42,578 nt of DNA. It comes from Chiloscyllium plagiosum (taxonomy: Eukaryota). The stretch is from the NCBI RefSeq assembly GCF_004010195.1, contig NC_057719.1:65867111-65909688 (forward strand), read 5' to 3'. Below the pieces are notes generated by a model. The model saw nothing but the letters and a program-made list of their open reading frames with translations. It did no database searches and was not told the DNA's origin. This document shows, in pieces, positions 1 to 11,890 of this stretch; the first letter of the stretch is position 1; each line of letters begins with the position of its first letter. The position numbers and the translations under genes are program-made.

Positions 1-254
1 CCCCACCCCCTCTCCGGCCTATCACCCTCACCTTAACTTCCTTCCATCTATTGCATTCCCAACGCCCCTTCCCCAAGTCCCTCCTCCCTACCTTTTATGT
101 TAGCCTGCTTGGCATACCCTCCTCATTCCTGAAGAAGGGCTTATGCCCGAAACGTCGATTCTCCTTCTCCGTTGATGCTGCCTGACCTGCTGCGCTTTTC
201 CAGCAACACATTTTTAAGCTCTGATCCCCAGCATCTACAGTCCTCACTTTCTCT
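1..254 (+). mobile_element. 3' end (pLTR and tail) of Penelope-like element family A
   Basis: Same terminal sequence as the RT/GIY-YIG-bearing copies at 18262 and 26338; contains CTGAAGA...GAAACGTC. Confidence 0.85.
125..160 (+). ncRNA. Minimal type I hammerhead ribozyme motif (PLE family A)
   Basis: CTGAAGA (129-135), stem II GGGC-TTAT-GCCC, GAAA (149-152), CGTC; stem I attc/gatt is imperfect. Confidence 0.7.
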
Positions 255-1084
255 TAATTACATTCACAGTCACTGCCTGAGTACTAACAGTTTGAATGTA
301 ACAGGTCATTCAAGGCAAGTTTGTGATGCTTCACAAATGTACACATGCTGGCTGAATGCAATTATGAACCTTATGAACTGTAATCATACACATGTTACCT
401 GCAAAAAACACAGAAATCCCTTTTGTTAATTTGCCAACAGAATTCGAAAAGAGAAAGTTGGGAAATGGCTGTAATCAAGCTTAATTTTCCTCATGGCTAA
501 GGAAATAACTGTATGATTTACTACAGCACTTTGAGAGACCAGGAAATCGTTGATGCAATCCTTGATTTCTGAGCTTTACCAAACCTTAGCTAGAAAGTAG
601 CAAAGATGCCACGGTTGACTATGGTCACAGGAGGATACAAGAATTATGAGAGTCATTCAGCCCCCTGAGTTTTTTCCACCATTGAATAAAGATTATGACT
701 GATTTGACCATTGCCTCAATTTATCTTTCCTGTCAGAATCACCTCTCTATCCCTCTCACAATGGTCAACTCTCTTGGCTTCTTTGTCAATCAAAGTTTCC
801 ACTGCTCTCTGGTGAACAGAATTCTGCAGAATAAAGGTTTTATTCAGTGCCATATTCTTGCCAGATAACAGGGCTGCTTTCTCATTACAGAAGTGACTGG
901 TAGTGGTTTAACCCAGGGGTCACCACAGCTAAGGTGAGTGGACAAGTTGAGAAGGACATTCCTTCAATGGTAGGTTCAACTGGAAGTAGGAACTCAATCC
1001 TCACTGTTGGCATCATTGTGCATCACAACCCAGCCATACAGCCAACTGAACTAACTGACCTCTTGGCAACATAACAACTTTAAT

Positions 1085-1350
1085 TGAGGTAGGGGACATT
1101 TGTGGAACCCCCCTACCCCAGTAAGTTGTTCAATTGCCCACTACTATTGACAACTGGATGTAGCAGGACTTCAGACCTTAGATCTGACCCATTGGTTGTG
1201 AAATCACTTAGCTCTGTCTATCACTTGCTGTTTGTGTTGTTTGACATGCAAGTAGTTCTGTTTTGTACCTTCACCTGGTTGACATCTCATTTTCACTTAT
1301 GCCTTTTGCCATTCCTGATATGCCCTTCTACACTTTTCAATTAACCAGGG
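1085..1350 (-). mobile_element. Old CR1-like LINE ORF2 fragment, interrupted by a SINE
   Basis: Recognised by eye as a common degenerate shark LINE segment; it resumes briefly after 1640. Confidence 0.45.
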
Positions 1351-1352
1351 TT

Positions 1353-1635
1353 GAATCATAGAATCCCTACAGTGTGGAAAGAGGCTATTCGTCCATCGAG
1401 TCTGCATCCTCAGAAGAGCATGTCACCCAGATTCCCCCAGCCTTATCCTGTAACCCTACATTTAGCATGGCCAATCCACCTAACCTGCACATCTTTGGAC
1501 TGTGGGAAGCTACCACTCAGTATAAATACACACAGACATGGGGGAGACTCCACACAGTCACCAATGGCGGGAATTGAACCCAGGTCCCTGACACAGTGAG
1601 GCAGCAGTGCTAGCTACTGAGCCTACATCCTGCCC
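1353..1635 (-). mobile_element. tRNA-derived SINE (HE1/V-SINE type)
   Basis: Minus strand has A-box-like GGCTCAGTAGCTAGCA, B-box GGGTTCAATTCCC, central GATGTGCAGGTTAGGTGGATTGGCCATGCTAAAT and a CR1-like tail ending ATTCTATGATTC. Confidence 0.85.
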
Positions 1636-2102
1636 GTGGCTTGATCCCATGGCTCAATGGTAATCATTATTGATTAAGTCCATGGGTTAGTTCATTAACA
1701 TCAGTAAAACACATTACAAGTAATGAGCAAGCATTACTGTGAACCAACTGACTTCTGTGGTATGTACAGCTTGCAGATACAAAGCAGACTAACTGCCAGA
1801 CAGACTTCAACATCGTATGTACACAGCACATGGAGATCTTGAAGGTGGTCTCTCTTAAAGGCAATATACCCAAAGAATAGAGCTGACCTTGCTGTCTCCA
1901 GAAAAGACAAAACAGCAAGGCCCACCCATTCCAGGAAGGTACCCTAGAGTCAATAGTGTGTGCATGCAAGATAACTTCAGCTGCAGAACACCATTTGGGT
2001 AACCCATGAATAATCATTTTCTCCTGACTTTAATTATCACTTGGCCGCAATACTTTTAAGATAACATTTGCTGCTTTTTCACATTTCTTTTCTTTCTTCT
2101 CC

Positions 2103-2254
2103 GTGCGTGTGTGTGTGTATGTGTGTGTGTGAGAGAGAGAGAGAGAGAGTGTGTAATGGGGTATATAGGTCTGTGAGTGGGTGCATATGTGGCTGTGAGT
2201 GTGGGGGGTGTATTTGTGAGCAGATGAGAGAGAGCTTGTGTATGTGAGAGGGTC

Positions 2255-2292
<38 letters not shown>

Positions 2293-2294
2293 AG
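2103..2294. repeat. Compound (TG)n/(GA)n microsatellite tract
   Basis: Directly visible; resembles the GT-rich internal tract of PLE family B. Confidence 0.9.
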
Positions 2295-3040
2295 ATTATC
2301 TTTGCGCCTTTGTTTGAGCAAGTTTTAATTGCAATAAACTAGCTAATAAACACAGTCCGATATCAATGCAATGAGCAATATCACTGTACCAATTAAATTA
2401 AATCTTTGTTATGACCAATGAGGGACTGGGACAGGGGAAGGAATCAGTGTGCCCCTTCAATCTCAGTTGTAACAGTATACGTATATGTGTGAGATGTAGG
2501 TCAGGACATTCACATCCTAAAAGGATTGAATAGAATTGATTACATCCAAACTTGAACATTCAAAATGCTGCACTTGTTGACAAATTATTGTTAGGCCAAA
2601 AATATTCTTTTGAATGATTGGTATGCTGTATTTATTCAATGATAGTTTATTGTGCTCAAAGAATCCTTCAGATTAGACTTAAAATTTTAGGTTTGGCATT
2701 TAGGAAGGACCCCTGCTTCAAGTGTCTCTTCAGATCAGCTGGAGTGACAGACATGATAATTAATTAATTTTAGAAATCATTAAGGGGTATACAACATCGG
2801 ATTATTTAACAGGTTACATACAGCTAGGAACCTTCGGTGAGAGCCTGCTGAACAGACACGATTTCTGCTCCACTTGTATTTTTTTTCAAATAATTCTTTT
2901 ATTATTTTTCAGTCATAATGTAACAGATTTCTTGTTGGTGCTTGTTTGTCAGTATGCTATATCTGTATATTCAATATGATAAAAGTTCTTTTCATTTTGA
3001 TAATAAAAGAGATGAAGGAGCAATATTGTCCCAAGTGAAA

Positions 3041-5150
3041 TAGAGTCATAGCGTCGTAGAGATGTACAGCACGGAAACAGACCCTTCGGTCCAACCCGTT
3101 CATGCCGACCAGATATCCGAACCTAATCTAGTCACACCTGCCAGCACCCAGCCCATATCCCTCTAAATCCTTCCAATTCATATACCCATTCAGATGCCTT
3201 TAAATGTTGCAATTGTACCAGCCTTCACCACTTCCTCTGACAGTTCATCTACACACGTATCACCCTCTTCATGAAAACGTTGCCCCTTAGGTCTCTTTTA
3301 TATCTCTCCCCTCTCACCCTAAACCTATGCCCTTCTAGTTCTGGACTCCCCCACCCCAGGGAAGAGACTTTGTCTATTTGTCGTATCCATGCCCTCATGA
3401 TTTTATAAACCTCTATAAGGTCACCCCTCAGCCTCTGACGTTTCAGGGAAAAAAGCCCCTGCCTATTCAACCTCTCCCTATAGTTCAAATCCTCCAACCC
3501 TGGCAACATCCTTGTAGATCATTTCTGAACCCTTTCAAGTTTCACAACATCATTCTGAAAGGAAGGAGAGCAGGATTGCAGAACTAATGTCCTGTATAGC
3601 CACAACATGACCTCCCAACTCCTGTTCTCAATACTTTGACCAATAAAGGAAAGCATACCTTCTTCACTATCCTATCCACCTACGACTCCACTTTCAAGGA
3701 GCTATAAACCTGCATTCCAAGGTCTCTTTGTTCAGCAACACTCTCTAGGACCTCCCCATTAAGTGTATAAGTCCTGTTAAGATTTGTTTTCCCAAAGTGC
3801 AGCACCTCGTAATTATCTAAATTAAACTCCATTTGCCACTCCTCAGCCCGTTGGATCATCTGATCAAGATCCAATTGTGACCTGAAGTAACCCTCTTCGC
3901 TGTCCGGTGCACCGCTAATTTTGGTGTCATAGATTCATACAGTTATAGAGATGTACAACACAGAAACAGACCCAACGGTCCAACTCGTCCAAACAGATAT
4001 CCGAACCTAATTTCGTCCCATTTGCCAGCACTTGGCCCATATCCCTCTAAACCCTTCCTATTCATATACCCATCCAGATGCCTGTAATATGCTGTAATGT
4101 TACCAACCTTTACCACTTCCTCTGACAGCTCATCCCATACACGCACCCTTTGCCCCTAACGTCCCTTTTAAATCTTTCTCCTCTCACCTTAAACCTATGC
4201 ACTCTAGTTCTGAACTCCCCTACCCCAGGGAAAAGACCTTGTCTATTTATGCTATCCATGCCCCCTTATGATTTTATAAACCTCTATAAGGTGATCCCTC
4301 AGCCTCCGTCATCTGTAAACTTACTAACTATATTGCTTTTGCTCATATCCAAATCATTTATATGATCCTTGTGGCTCTCTACTGGTCACAGGCCTCCAGT
4401 CTGACAAACAACCCTCTACCACCACTCTCTGTCTTCTACCTTTGAGCCAGTTCTATATCCAAATGGCTAGCTTTCCCAGTATTCTACGAGATCTAACTTT
4501 GCTAACCAGTGTCTTGTGAGAAACCTTGTCGAACGCCTTACTAAAGTCATATAGATCAAGTCCACCGCTCTGCCCTCATCAATCCTCTTTGTTACTTCTT
4601 CAAAAAACTCAATCAAGTTTGTGAGACATGATTTCTCTCACACACAGCCATGTTGACTATCCTTAATCAGTCCTTGCCTTTCCACTTACATGTACACCCT
4701 GCCCCTCAGGATTCCCTCCAACAACTTGCCCACCACCAACGTCAGGCTCGCTGGTCTATAGTTCCCTGGCTTGACCTTACCACCCTTCTTAAACAGTGGC
4801 ACCACGTTAGCCAACCTTCAGTCTTCCGGCACCTCACCTGTGACTATCGATGATACAAATATCTTAACAAGGGACCCAGCAATCACTTCCCCAGCTTCCC
4901 ACAGCGTTCTAGGATACACTTGATCAGGTCATGGGGAATTATCCACTTTTATGTGTTTCAAGACATCTAGCATTTCCTCCTCTGTAATATGGATATCTTC
5001 CAAAATGTCACCATCTATTTCCTTATGTTCTATATCTTGCATGTCCTTTTTCACTGTAAACACAGCTGCAAAATACTCATTTAGTATCTCCCACATCTCC
5101 TGTGGCTCTACACAAAGGCCTTCTTGCTGATCTTTGAAGGTGATCTCAAA
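3041..5150 (-). mobile_element. CR1 (HER1-like) LINE, 5'-truncated and decayed, with a nested CR1 piece
   Basis: Minus-strand peptides EILNEYFAAVFT, WQMEFNLDNYEVLHFG, RLRGDLIEVYKIM; 3' tail repeats TCTATGAC. Confidence 0.92.
3931..4307 (-). mobile_element. CR1 3' fragment nested in the CR1 RT domain
   Basis: Second copy of the CR1 3' end; GTCAT duplicated at 3926-3930 and 4308-4312. Confidence 0.8.
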
Positions 5151-5274
5151 ATGTACTTGGAGCTCGGCCATTATCCACTTAGAGTCTGCTTTGCCAATCA
5201 ACTAAATCATGACTGATCTGTACTTCAACTGCATTTATCAAGCATATTGCTTAATACCTTCAGCTTTTTAAAAT

Positions 5275-5716
5275 TCCTGAGCAAGGGGTGGATGCAGGTA
5301 CAATTAAAACATTTAAAATTAAAAATTAAAACATTTGGATAAGTACATGAATAGCAAGGGTTTGGAGGGATATGGGCCAGGAGCAGGCAGGGTGGGGCTA
5401 GTTTAATTTGGGTTGAAAAATATGGTGCTGGAAAAACACAATAGGCCAGGCAGCATCTGAGGAGCAGGAGAATCGATGATTCGGGCATAAGCTCTTCTTC
5501 CTGATGAAAGGCTATGCCCGAAACGTCGATTCTCCTGCTCCTCGGATGCTACCTGGCCTGCTGTGTTTTTCCAGCACCACATTTTTCAACTCTGGTCTCC
5601 AGCATCTGCAGTCCTCACTTTCTCCTAGTTTAATTTGGGATTACAATCAGCATGGACTGGTTGGACCAAAGGGTCTATTTCCGTGCTGTATGATTCTATA
5701 ACTTTATGACTTTATA
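5275..5716 (+). mobile_element. CR1 3' end, interrupted by a PLE mini-insertion
   Basis: ttggataagtacatgaatag...gggtctatttccgtgctgtatgattcta tail. Confidence 0.8.
5413..5624 (+). mobile_element. PLE family A mini-insertion with inverted 5' copy (hairpin)
   Basis: 15-bp TSD CTAGTTTAATTTGGG (5398-5412, 5625-5639); ~5412-5496 is the reverse complement of ~5505-5590; hammerhead core at 5501-5527. Confidence 0.88.
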
Positions 5717-6003
5717 ATGGACTATAACTTTTATACAAGAATTTCAGAATTCTCAAATAGATGCACTATATCACCTCTGTATCAAATATTAGATACTCAC
5801 AGGCTTGATGTACCTTCCTCTGAGCAAAAAATGATTCTAGTTGAATCTGAAAGAATGTCTTTCCCACATTCCAAAATGAATGGGTTTTATATACATGTCT
5901 CAAGACTGCACTTAGATATATAATAGGTTTGGTTTCGAATGGAGGATTGAACAGAATTTTGCTGATTGAGCAGAACTGCATGTCACTGACATACACGGTG
6001 ATT

Positions 6004-6180
6004 ATAGAGCCATAGATCATACAGCCCAAAAACAAACCCTTCAGTCTAACTTGTCCATCCTGACCAAGTCTTCCAAATTAAACTAATCCCACCTTGCCTG
6101 CATTTGTCCCATATTCCTCTAAACCTTTCCTATTCATGTACCCACCCAAATGTCTTTTCAATGTTGTAACTGCACCTGCA
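6004..6180 (-). mobile_element. CR1 3' tail fragment
   Basis: Similar to 3041-3230. Confidence 0.75.
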
Positions 6181-6881
6181 TGGTTGGCAGAACTACTATC
6201 AGAATTTAACAGGTGTCAACCAAATAAGTGCTTGTTGCCAATGCTACTTTCCTACTGCTGCTTGCTCCAACTCTTTGTACTGTATAACAGTACTCGGCAT
6301 TGACTTCCACATGAATTGTCATCGAAAGGGATCATTATGTAACAAACTTTTCAGGAGAAGTGACAGCTGAATTGAATCAAAAACTTGAATGAGCTTAAAC
6401 TAATTCTTCTTGTTAACATGGGAATTATGATCTTATCACTTCCAGGTTAATTTGTGATGCACATCTACAGGTCATTAAAAGTGTTTGTTATATAATTAGT
6501 TTTCTGTTAACATTTGGCTGCCACCTGTAATTGAAATCAAAATATTAAAAACGTAAGCAATTATTTTTAGAAAATAACAGGGTAAATCTGGTGGAAATAT
6601 TTTACCTCTGTATCCTAGAGGTTTTTTCTTTCTTTGTCAAGCAGATTTTTAAAGGGTCCTTTCCTCAATATTGGACCAAATCTGATCCTAGAATGTTAAG
6701 TTGATGTTAATGAATAGGTCTATATATTCAGTGGAGAACTTGGCCAGCAATGGGAGAGGTGTAAATAGCATAATGTCTGAGCATTATTGATTTGCTCATC
6801 GAATTGGGAAGAGATAAGTGCTCATAACTTTTACACAATGATAAAAGCTTAGTCTTGGCTGAACTTTTAACATTTTTAAAA

Positions 6882-7420
6882 ATTCACTCATGGGGTATGG
6901 GCATTATTGGCTGATGCAATATTTATTCCTCGTTCCCCTTTAGAGGCTGGTCGTGAACTGCTTTCTTGAACAGTTGCAGTTCACGTATTGTCGGTAGATC
7001 CACAATGCCACAAAGGAAAGAATTCCAGAATTTTGACCAATATACTGAAAGAATAGCCATATATTTCCAAAGTCAGAATGGTGTGCGGCTTGGAGGGGAA
7101 CTTAGAGATGGTGGTGTTCCCATAAACCTGCTGCCCTTGTCCTTCTAGATAGAAGCAGGTATCAGTTTGGAAGGAACTGTCTAAGGAGGTTTGATGAAAT
7201 CCTGCAGTCCATCTTATAGATAGTACACAGTACTGTTACTGAAGGTCAGTGGTAGAGGGTGTGAATATTTATGGATGTGATCCTGATCATGTGAGTTGCT
7301 TTCCGGAGGATCATGTCAAGCTTCTTGAGTGTTGTTAGAGCTGCACTCATCCAGGAAAATGGGAAGTATTCCATCTAACTTGTGGTTGATGGAGAGGCTC
7401 TAGAGATGAGTTCGTTGCTT
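6882..7420 (-). mobile_element. Old CR1/L2-like LINE 3' fragment
   Basis: Similar to 23945-24420; a common shark repeat pattern. Confidence 0.6.
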
Positions 7421-8344
7421 TGTTATTCATCTGGATTTAAGATGACAACACAATAGTGCGATGAAAAACTGTTAGATGTGTCATCTGGTTTAAAAATGCC
7501 ATATTTGATAGTATATGACCAAATGCATGGGATCAAGTGTTTGTCCTCACTCATTTGAGATGTTATGAGGTGTGGGCCGAAGTGGGGTGAGAATTCAGAA
7601 ATAATTAGGAAGAGTGTATGTAGAATTGGAGCTTCAACATCACAAACATGAACATATTTTGTTTTCTTCATAGTTCCAGTCCTATTTGACAGATACTTGA
7701 CCTGTCGCAAGAGACATGACAAGAACGGCCATTGGGCAATTCAGCCCAATAGTTTAACCTCCTACGCTGATGTCACGATTCCACACAGAGCTAGCACAAA
7801 ATATTCTATTTTGAGAAGCAAATCCTTCTCTATGGTCGAAGTGGAACCTTATCCCAAACATGGACAAAATGCATTTGAGGCATTATTGATGAAAAACACA
7901 ACATGCTTTTACCATACGTATCTTTAATACATGAAATAAAAACTTACACTTCATTGAGGCATTATCAAAACTATGGATGCTGAGACAAGAAGGGTGTTAT
8001 TAGAACGGTCAAAGGGATGACTTTGAAGGAGGAGAAAGAAATGCAGGAACTGAAGAACAGTGATAGCAACCCTACATCTGGGCCATAATATTTAAAATCA
8101 AGTCGTCAGTTCTCCTGGAGATGAACATGTTTGATTTCAAACTAATTATGAGAAATATCAGTTGTGGCTTCCAAATTAGGGTGAAAGGATGGAGGATGCA
8201 CCAAAGTCAATTTTGACAGATAATACATAGGCTGCAGCTCAAACTTGGGGATATCAGACCATCTGAATCCTTTTCCAATCAATCTATCTTCCCCATTCAT
8301 TCCTCATTCTATCCAGTCAACAAAACCAAACTATGACTGAAAGG

Positions 8345-8615
8345 GCGGTGTTGCTGAACAAAAAGACCTTGGGGTGCAAATTCATAGTTCCTTGAAAAGG
8401 GAGTCACACAGAGATAGGACAGTGAAGAAGGCGTTTGGTATGCTTTCCTTTACTGGACAGAGCATTGAGTACAGGAGTTGGGAACTCATGTTGCAGCTGT
8501 ACAGGACTTGGTTAGGCCACCTTTGGAATATTGTGTGTAATTCTGGTCTCCTTCCTGTAGGAAGGATGTTATGAAATTTGAAAGGGATTTACAAGGATGT
8601 TGCCAGGGTTGGAAG
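8345..8615 (+). mobile_element. CR1 ORF2 fragment
   Basis: VKKAFGMLSF...IEYRSWELMLQLYRT. Confidence 0.85.
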
Positions 8616-8617
8616 AA

Positions 8618-8910
8618 GTTAAAAATCCCATAACACCAGGTTACAGTCCACCAGGTTTATTTGGAATCACTAGCTTTCAAAGTGTTGCTTCTTCATCAGG
8701 TGAGTGTGGAGCAGAATCATAAGACACAGACTTTATAACAGGATTGCAGTGTCATTGGAATGAAATATTAAACAAATTTATCTTACGTCTTTCATCTTTT
8801 AGAATGAACATGTTTGTTTTGGATCCTTTACATGTAAATCCCAGAACTTTTTAAAGTTACATTCTCAAGATAGCTTTAACAATAGGTGTCATCTCAGCTC
8901 AGATAATGCA
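8618..8910 (-). mobile_element. 3' terminus of Penelope-like element family B
   Basis: Matches 15233-15550; minus-strand hammerhead tcac-CTGATGA...GAAAGCTA-gtga at 8667-8703. Confidence 0.8.
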
Positions 8911-9690
8911 TTGATGGTGGATGGGTTAGTAAGTTTGCAGATGACACTAGAGTACTGGACAGTGTGGAAGAATGCTGTAGGTTGCAGGGAGACTTGGATA
9001 AACTGCAGAATTGGGCTGGGAGGTGGCAAATGGAGTTCAATGCAAATAAATGCGAGACGATTCACTTTGGGAAGAATAACAGGAGGGCAGAATACTGGGT
9101 CAATGGAAAGATTCTTGGTAGTGTGGATGTGCAGCGAGATCTTGGAGTCCATGTACATAGATCTCTGAAAGCTACCACCCAGGTTGATAATGCTGTTAAG
9201 AAGCATACAGTGTGTTAGGTTTTGTTGGTAGAGGGATTGATGTCATGCTGCAACTATACAAAACGTTAGTGCGGCTGCACTTGAAATATTGTGTACAGTT
9301 CTGGTTGTCCCATTACAGGAAGGATGTGAAAGCATTGGAAAAGGTACAGAGGAGATTTATCAGGATCTTCCCTGGTCTGGAGTGAAGGTCTTATGAGGAA
9401 AGGCTGAGAGAGTTGGATCTGTTCTCATTGGAAAGCAGAAGGCTAAGAGAGGATTTGATAGAGATATACAAGATGATCAGAGGATAAAAAAGGTAGACAA
9501 TGAAAGTCTTTTTTCTAGGATGATGACATCAGTGTGTATGAGGGGGCATTGCTACAAATTGAGGGGGGATAGATTTAAAATAGATGTCAGAAGCAGGTAC
9601 TTTACTCAGAGAGTGAGAAGGGCGTGGAATGCCCTGGCTGCCTAGTTGTCTCAGCCAGATTAGGAAGATTTAAACAATCCTTGGATAAGT
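8911..9690 (+). mobile_element. CR1 ORF2 C-terminal fragment
   Basis: LQGDLDKLQNWAGRWQMEFNANKCETIHFG...RDLGV. Confidence 0.9.
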
Positions 9691-9699
9691 GTGCAGGGG

Positions 9700-11090
9700 A
9701 GATCGAGTGAGTGTGGGCATTTGGGTGCATGTGTGGGGGTGTGACTGTCTGTGAGAGTGTGTGTGTGTATGTGTGTATAGTGCAGTGGGGTCACCTGCAG
9801 TGTGACATGAACCCAAGGTCCCGTTGAGGCCATCTCCATTTAGCCATCAGCCTCTGTTCGGACACTTTGCATTGTTGCCTGTCTCGAAATCTGCCTTGGA
9901 GGGCATCACCCGAAGGTCCGTGGTTGAATGTCCCAGACCGCTGAAGTGTTCTCCGACTGGGAGGGCACACTCCTGTCTGGTGATTGTTGCGTAGTGTCCA
10001 TTCATTTGTTGCCGTAGCCTCTGCTCAGTCTCGCTAATGTAACATGCCTCAGGGCATCCTTGCCTGTAGCGTATGAGAGAGACAACGTTGGCAGAATCAC
10101 ATGAGTACCTGCCACTTACATGGTGGCAGGTGTCTCCATGTGTAATGGTGGTATCCGTGTCAACACTCTGACACGCCTTGCAGCGTCCACCGTGACAAGG
10201 TTGTATGGTATTGTCCTGAAAGCCGGGCAGTTTTGTGAGGAAGGTCTTGACGAGGTGCTCATCCTCACTGATAATGTGTTACAGGCCGCAAAGAACATGG
10301 CGTAGTTGTTTGGCTCCTGGGAAGTACTGGACCACAAAGGGTACCCTGTCAGTTACTGTTCGTGTCTATCTCCTGAGGAGGTCATTACGGTTTCTCGCTG
10401 TGGCACGTTGGAACTGACGGTCGATAAGTTAAGCATCATACCCTGTTCTTCTGAGGGCATTCCTGAGTACCTCCAGGTGTCCATCGTGTTCCTCCTCATC
10501 TGAACAGATCCAGTGTATGCATGAGGATTGTCCGTAGGGGATGGCTGTTTTAATATATTTCGGGTGGAAGCTGGAGAAGTGTAGCATTATGAGGTTATCC
10601 ATGGGTTTGCGGTAGAGTGAGGTGCCCATCCTTGATAGAGATGCATGTGTCCAAGAATGAGACAGATAGTAGAGAATAGTCCATGATGACTTTGATGGTA
10701 GGATGAAACCCATTGATGTCATTGTGTAGTTTTATCAGTGGCTCCTCACCATGGGTCCAGAGGAAGAAAATGTCTTCTATGTACCTGGTGTATGGTGTTG
10801 GTTGGAGGTCCTGCGTAGAGAAAAAGTCTTGTTCAAACCTGTGCATGAAAATGTTGGCATATTGGGGTGCAAATTTGGTCCCATGGCTGTTCCATGTGTC
10901 TGGATGAAGAACTGGTTGTCAAAGGTGAAATTGTTGTGGTTGAGGATAAAGCCGACGAGTTGTAGGATGGTGCTCGGAGATTGGCAGTTGTTGGTGTTGA
11001 GTACTGAGGCTGTTGCCGCCATCATGGAGGATGCTGGTGTAGAGTGCGGAAACGTCCATTGTGACGAGGAGGGTTCCTGGCTCGCACTTC
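9700..11090 (-). mobile_element. Penelope-like element family B, decayed RT and GIY-YIG
   Basis: LVTMDVSALYTSI, FIQTHGTAMG, RYIEDIFFLW, SFLDT, KTAIPYGQ across frameshifts. Confidence 0.88.
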
Positions 11091-11092
11091 TC

Positions 11093-11890
11093 CTGCTTCC
11101 ACCCAAAACATATTAAAACAGCCATCCCCTACGGACAAGCCCTACGCATACACAGAATCTGGTTCAGATGAGAAGGAACGTGAACAGCATGTGGATGTGC
11201 TCAAAGATGCCCTCATTAGAATGGGATATGATGCTCAACTCATCAATGTGCCAATGTGCCACAGCGAGAAACCGTAATGACCCCCTCAGGAGATAGACAT
11301 GAGCTGCAACCGACAGGGTACCCTTCGTTGTCCAGTACTTCCCAGGAGCCAAAAAACTATGCCATGTTCTTCACAGCCTATAACACATCATCAATGAGGA
11401 TGAGCATCTCATCAATACCTTCCCCACACCTCCACTTCTCACCTTTAAACAACCATCAAACCTCAAACAGATCATTGTTCGCAGCAAACTGCCTGGCCTT
11501 CAAGACAACACCATACAACCCTGTCATGGCAGATGCTGCAAGACGTGTCAGAGTATCGACATGGATATCTTCATTACACGTGGGGAAACCACCCACCATG
11601 TGCCCAACAGATACTCATGTGATTCTGCCAATGTTGTCTATCTCATGTACTGCAGGCAAGGATGCTCTGAGGCATGGTACATTGGCGAAACCGAACAGAG
11701 GCTACGGCAATGGATGAATGGACACTGCACCTGATGAAGGGCTTTTGCCCGAAACGTCGATTTTGCCTGTCCTCGGATGCTGCCTGAATTGCTGTGCCCT
11801 TCCAGCACCACTGATCCAGGAACTGCACAACAACCACCAGGCAGGAGTGTTCCCTCCCATTCGGTGAACACTTCAGTGGTCTGGATGTTC
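11093..11890 (+). mobile_element. PLE family B fragment in opposite orientation (thumb to GIY-YIG)
   Basis: PCHGRCCKTC zinc motif then NVVYLMYCRQGCSEAWYIGETEQRLRQWMNGH. Confidence 0.88.
11731..11821 (+). mobile_element. 91-bp family A-related hammerhead-bearing insertion in the GIY-YIG region
   Basis: TSD ACTGCAC at 11724-11730 and 11822-11828; begins CTGATGAAGGGCTTTTGCCCGAAACGTC. Confidence 0.85.

Noticed and set aside
1560..1635. tRNA gene
   Set aside because: It is the head of a SINE, followed by SINE body and tail.
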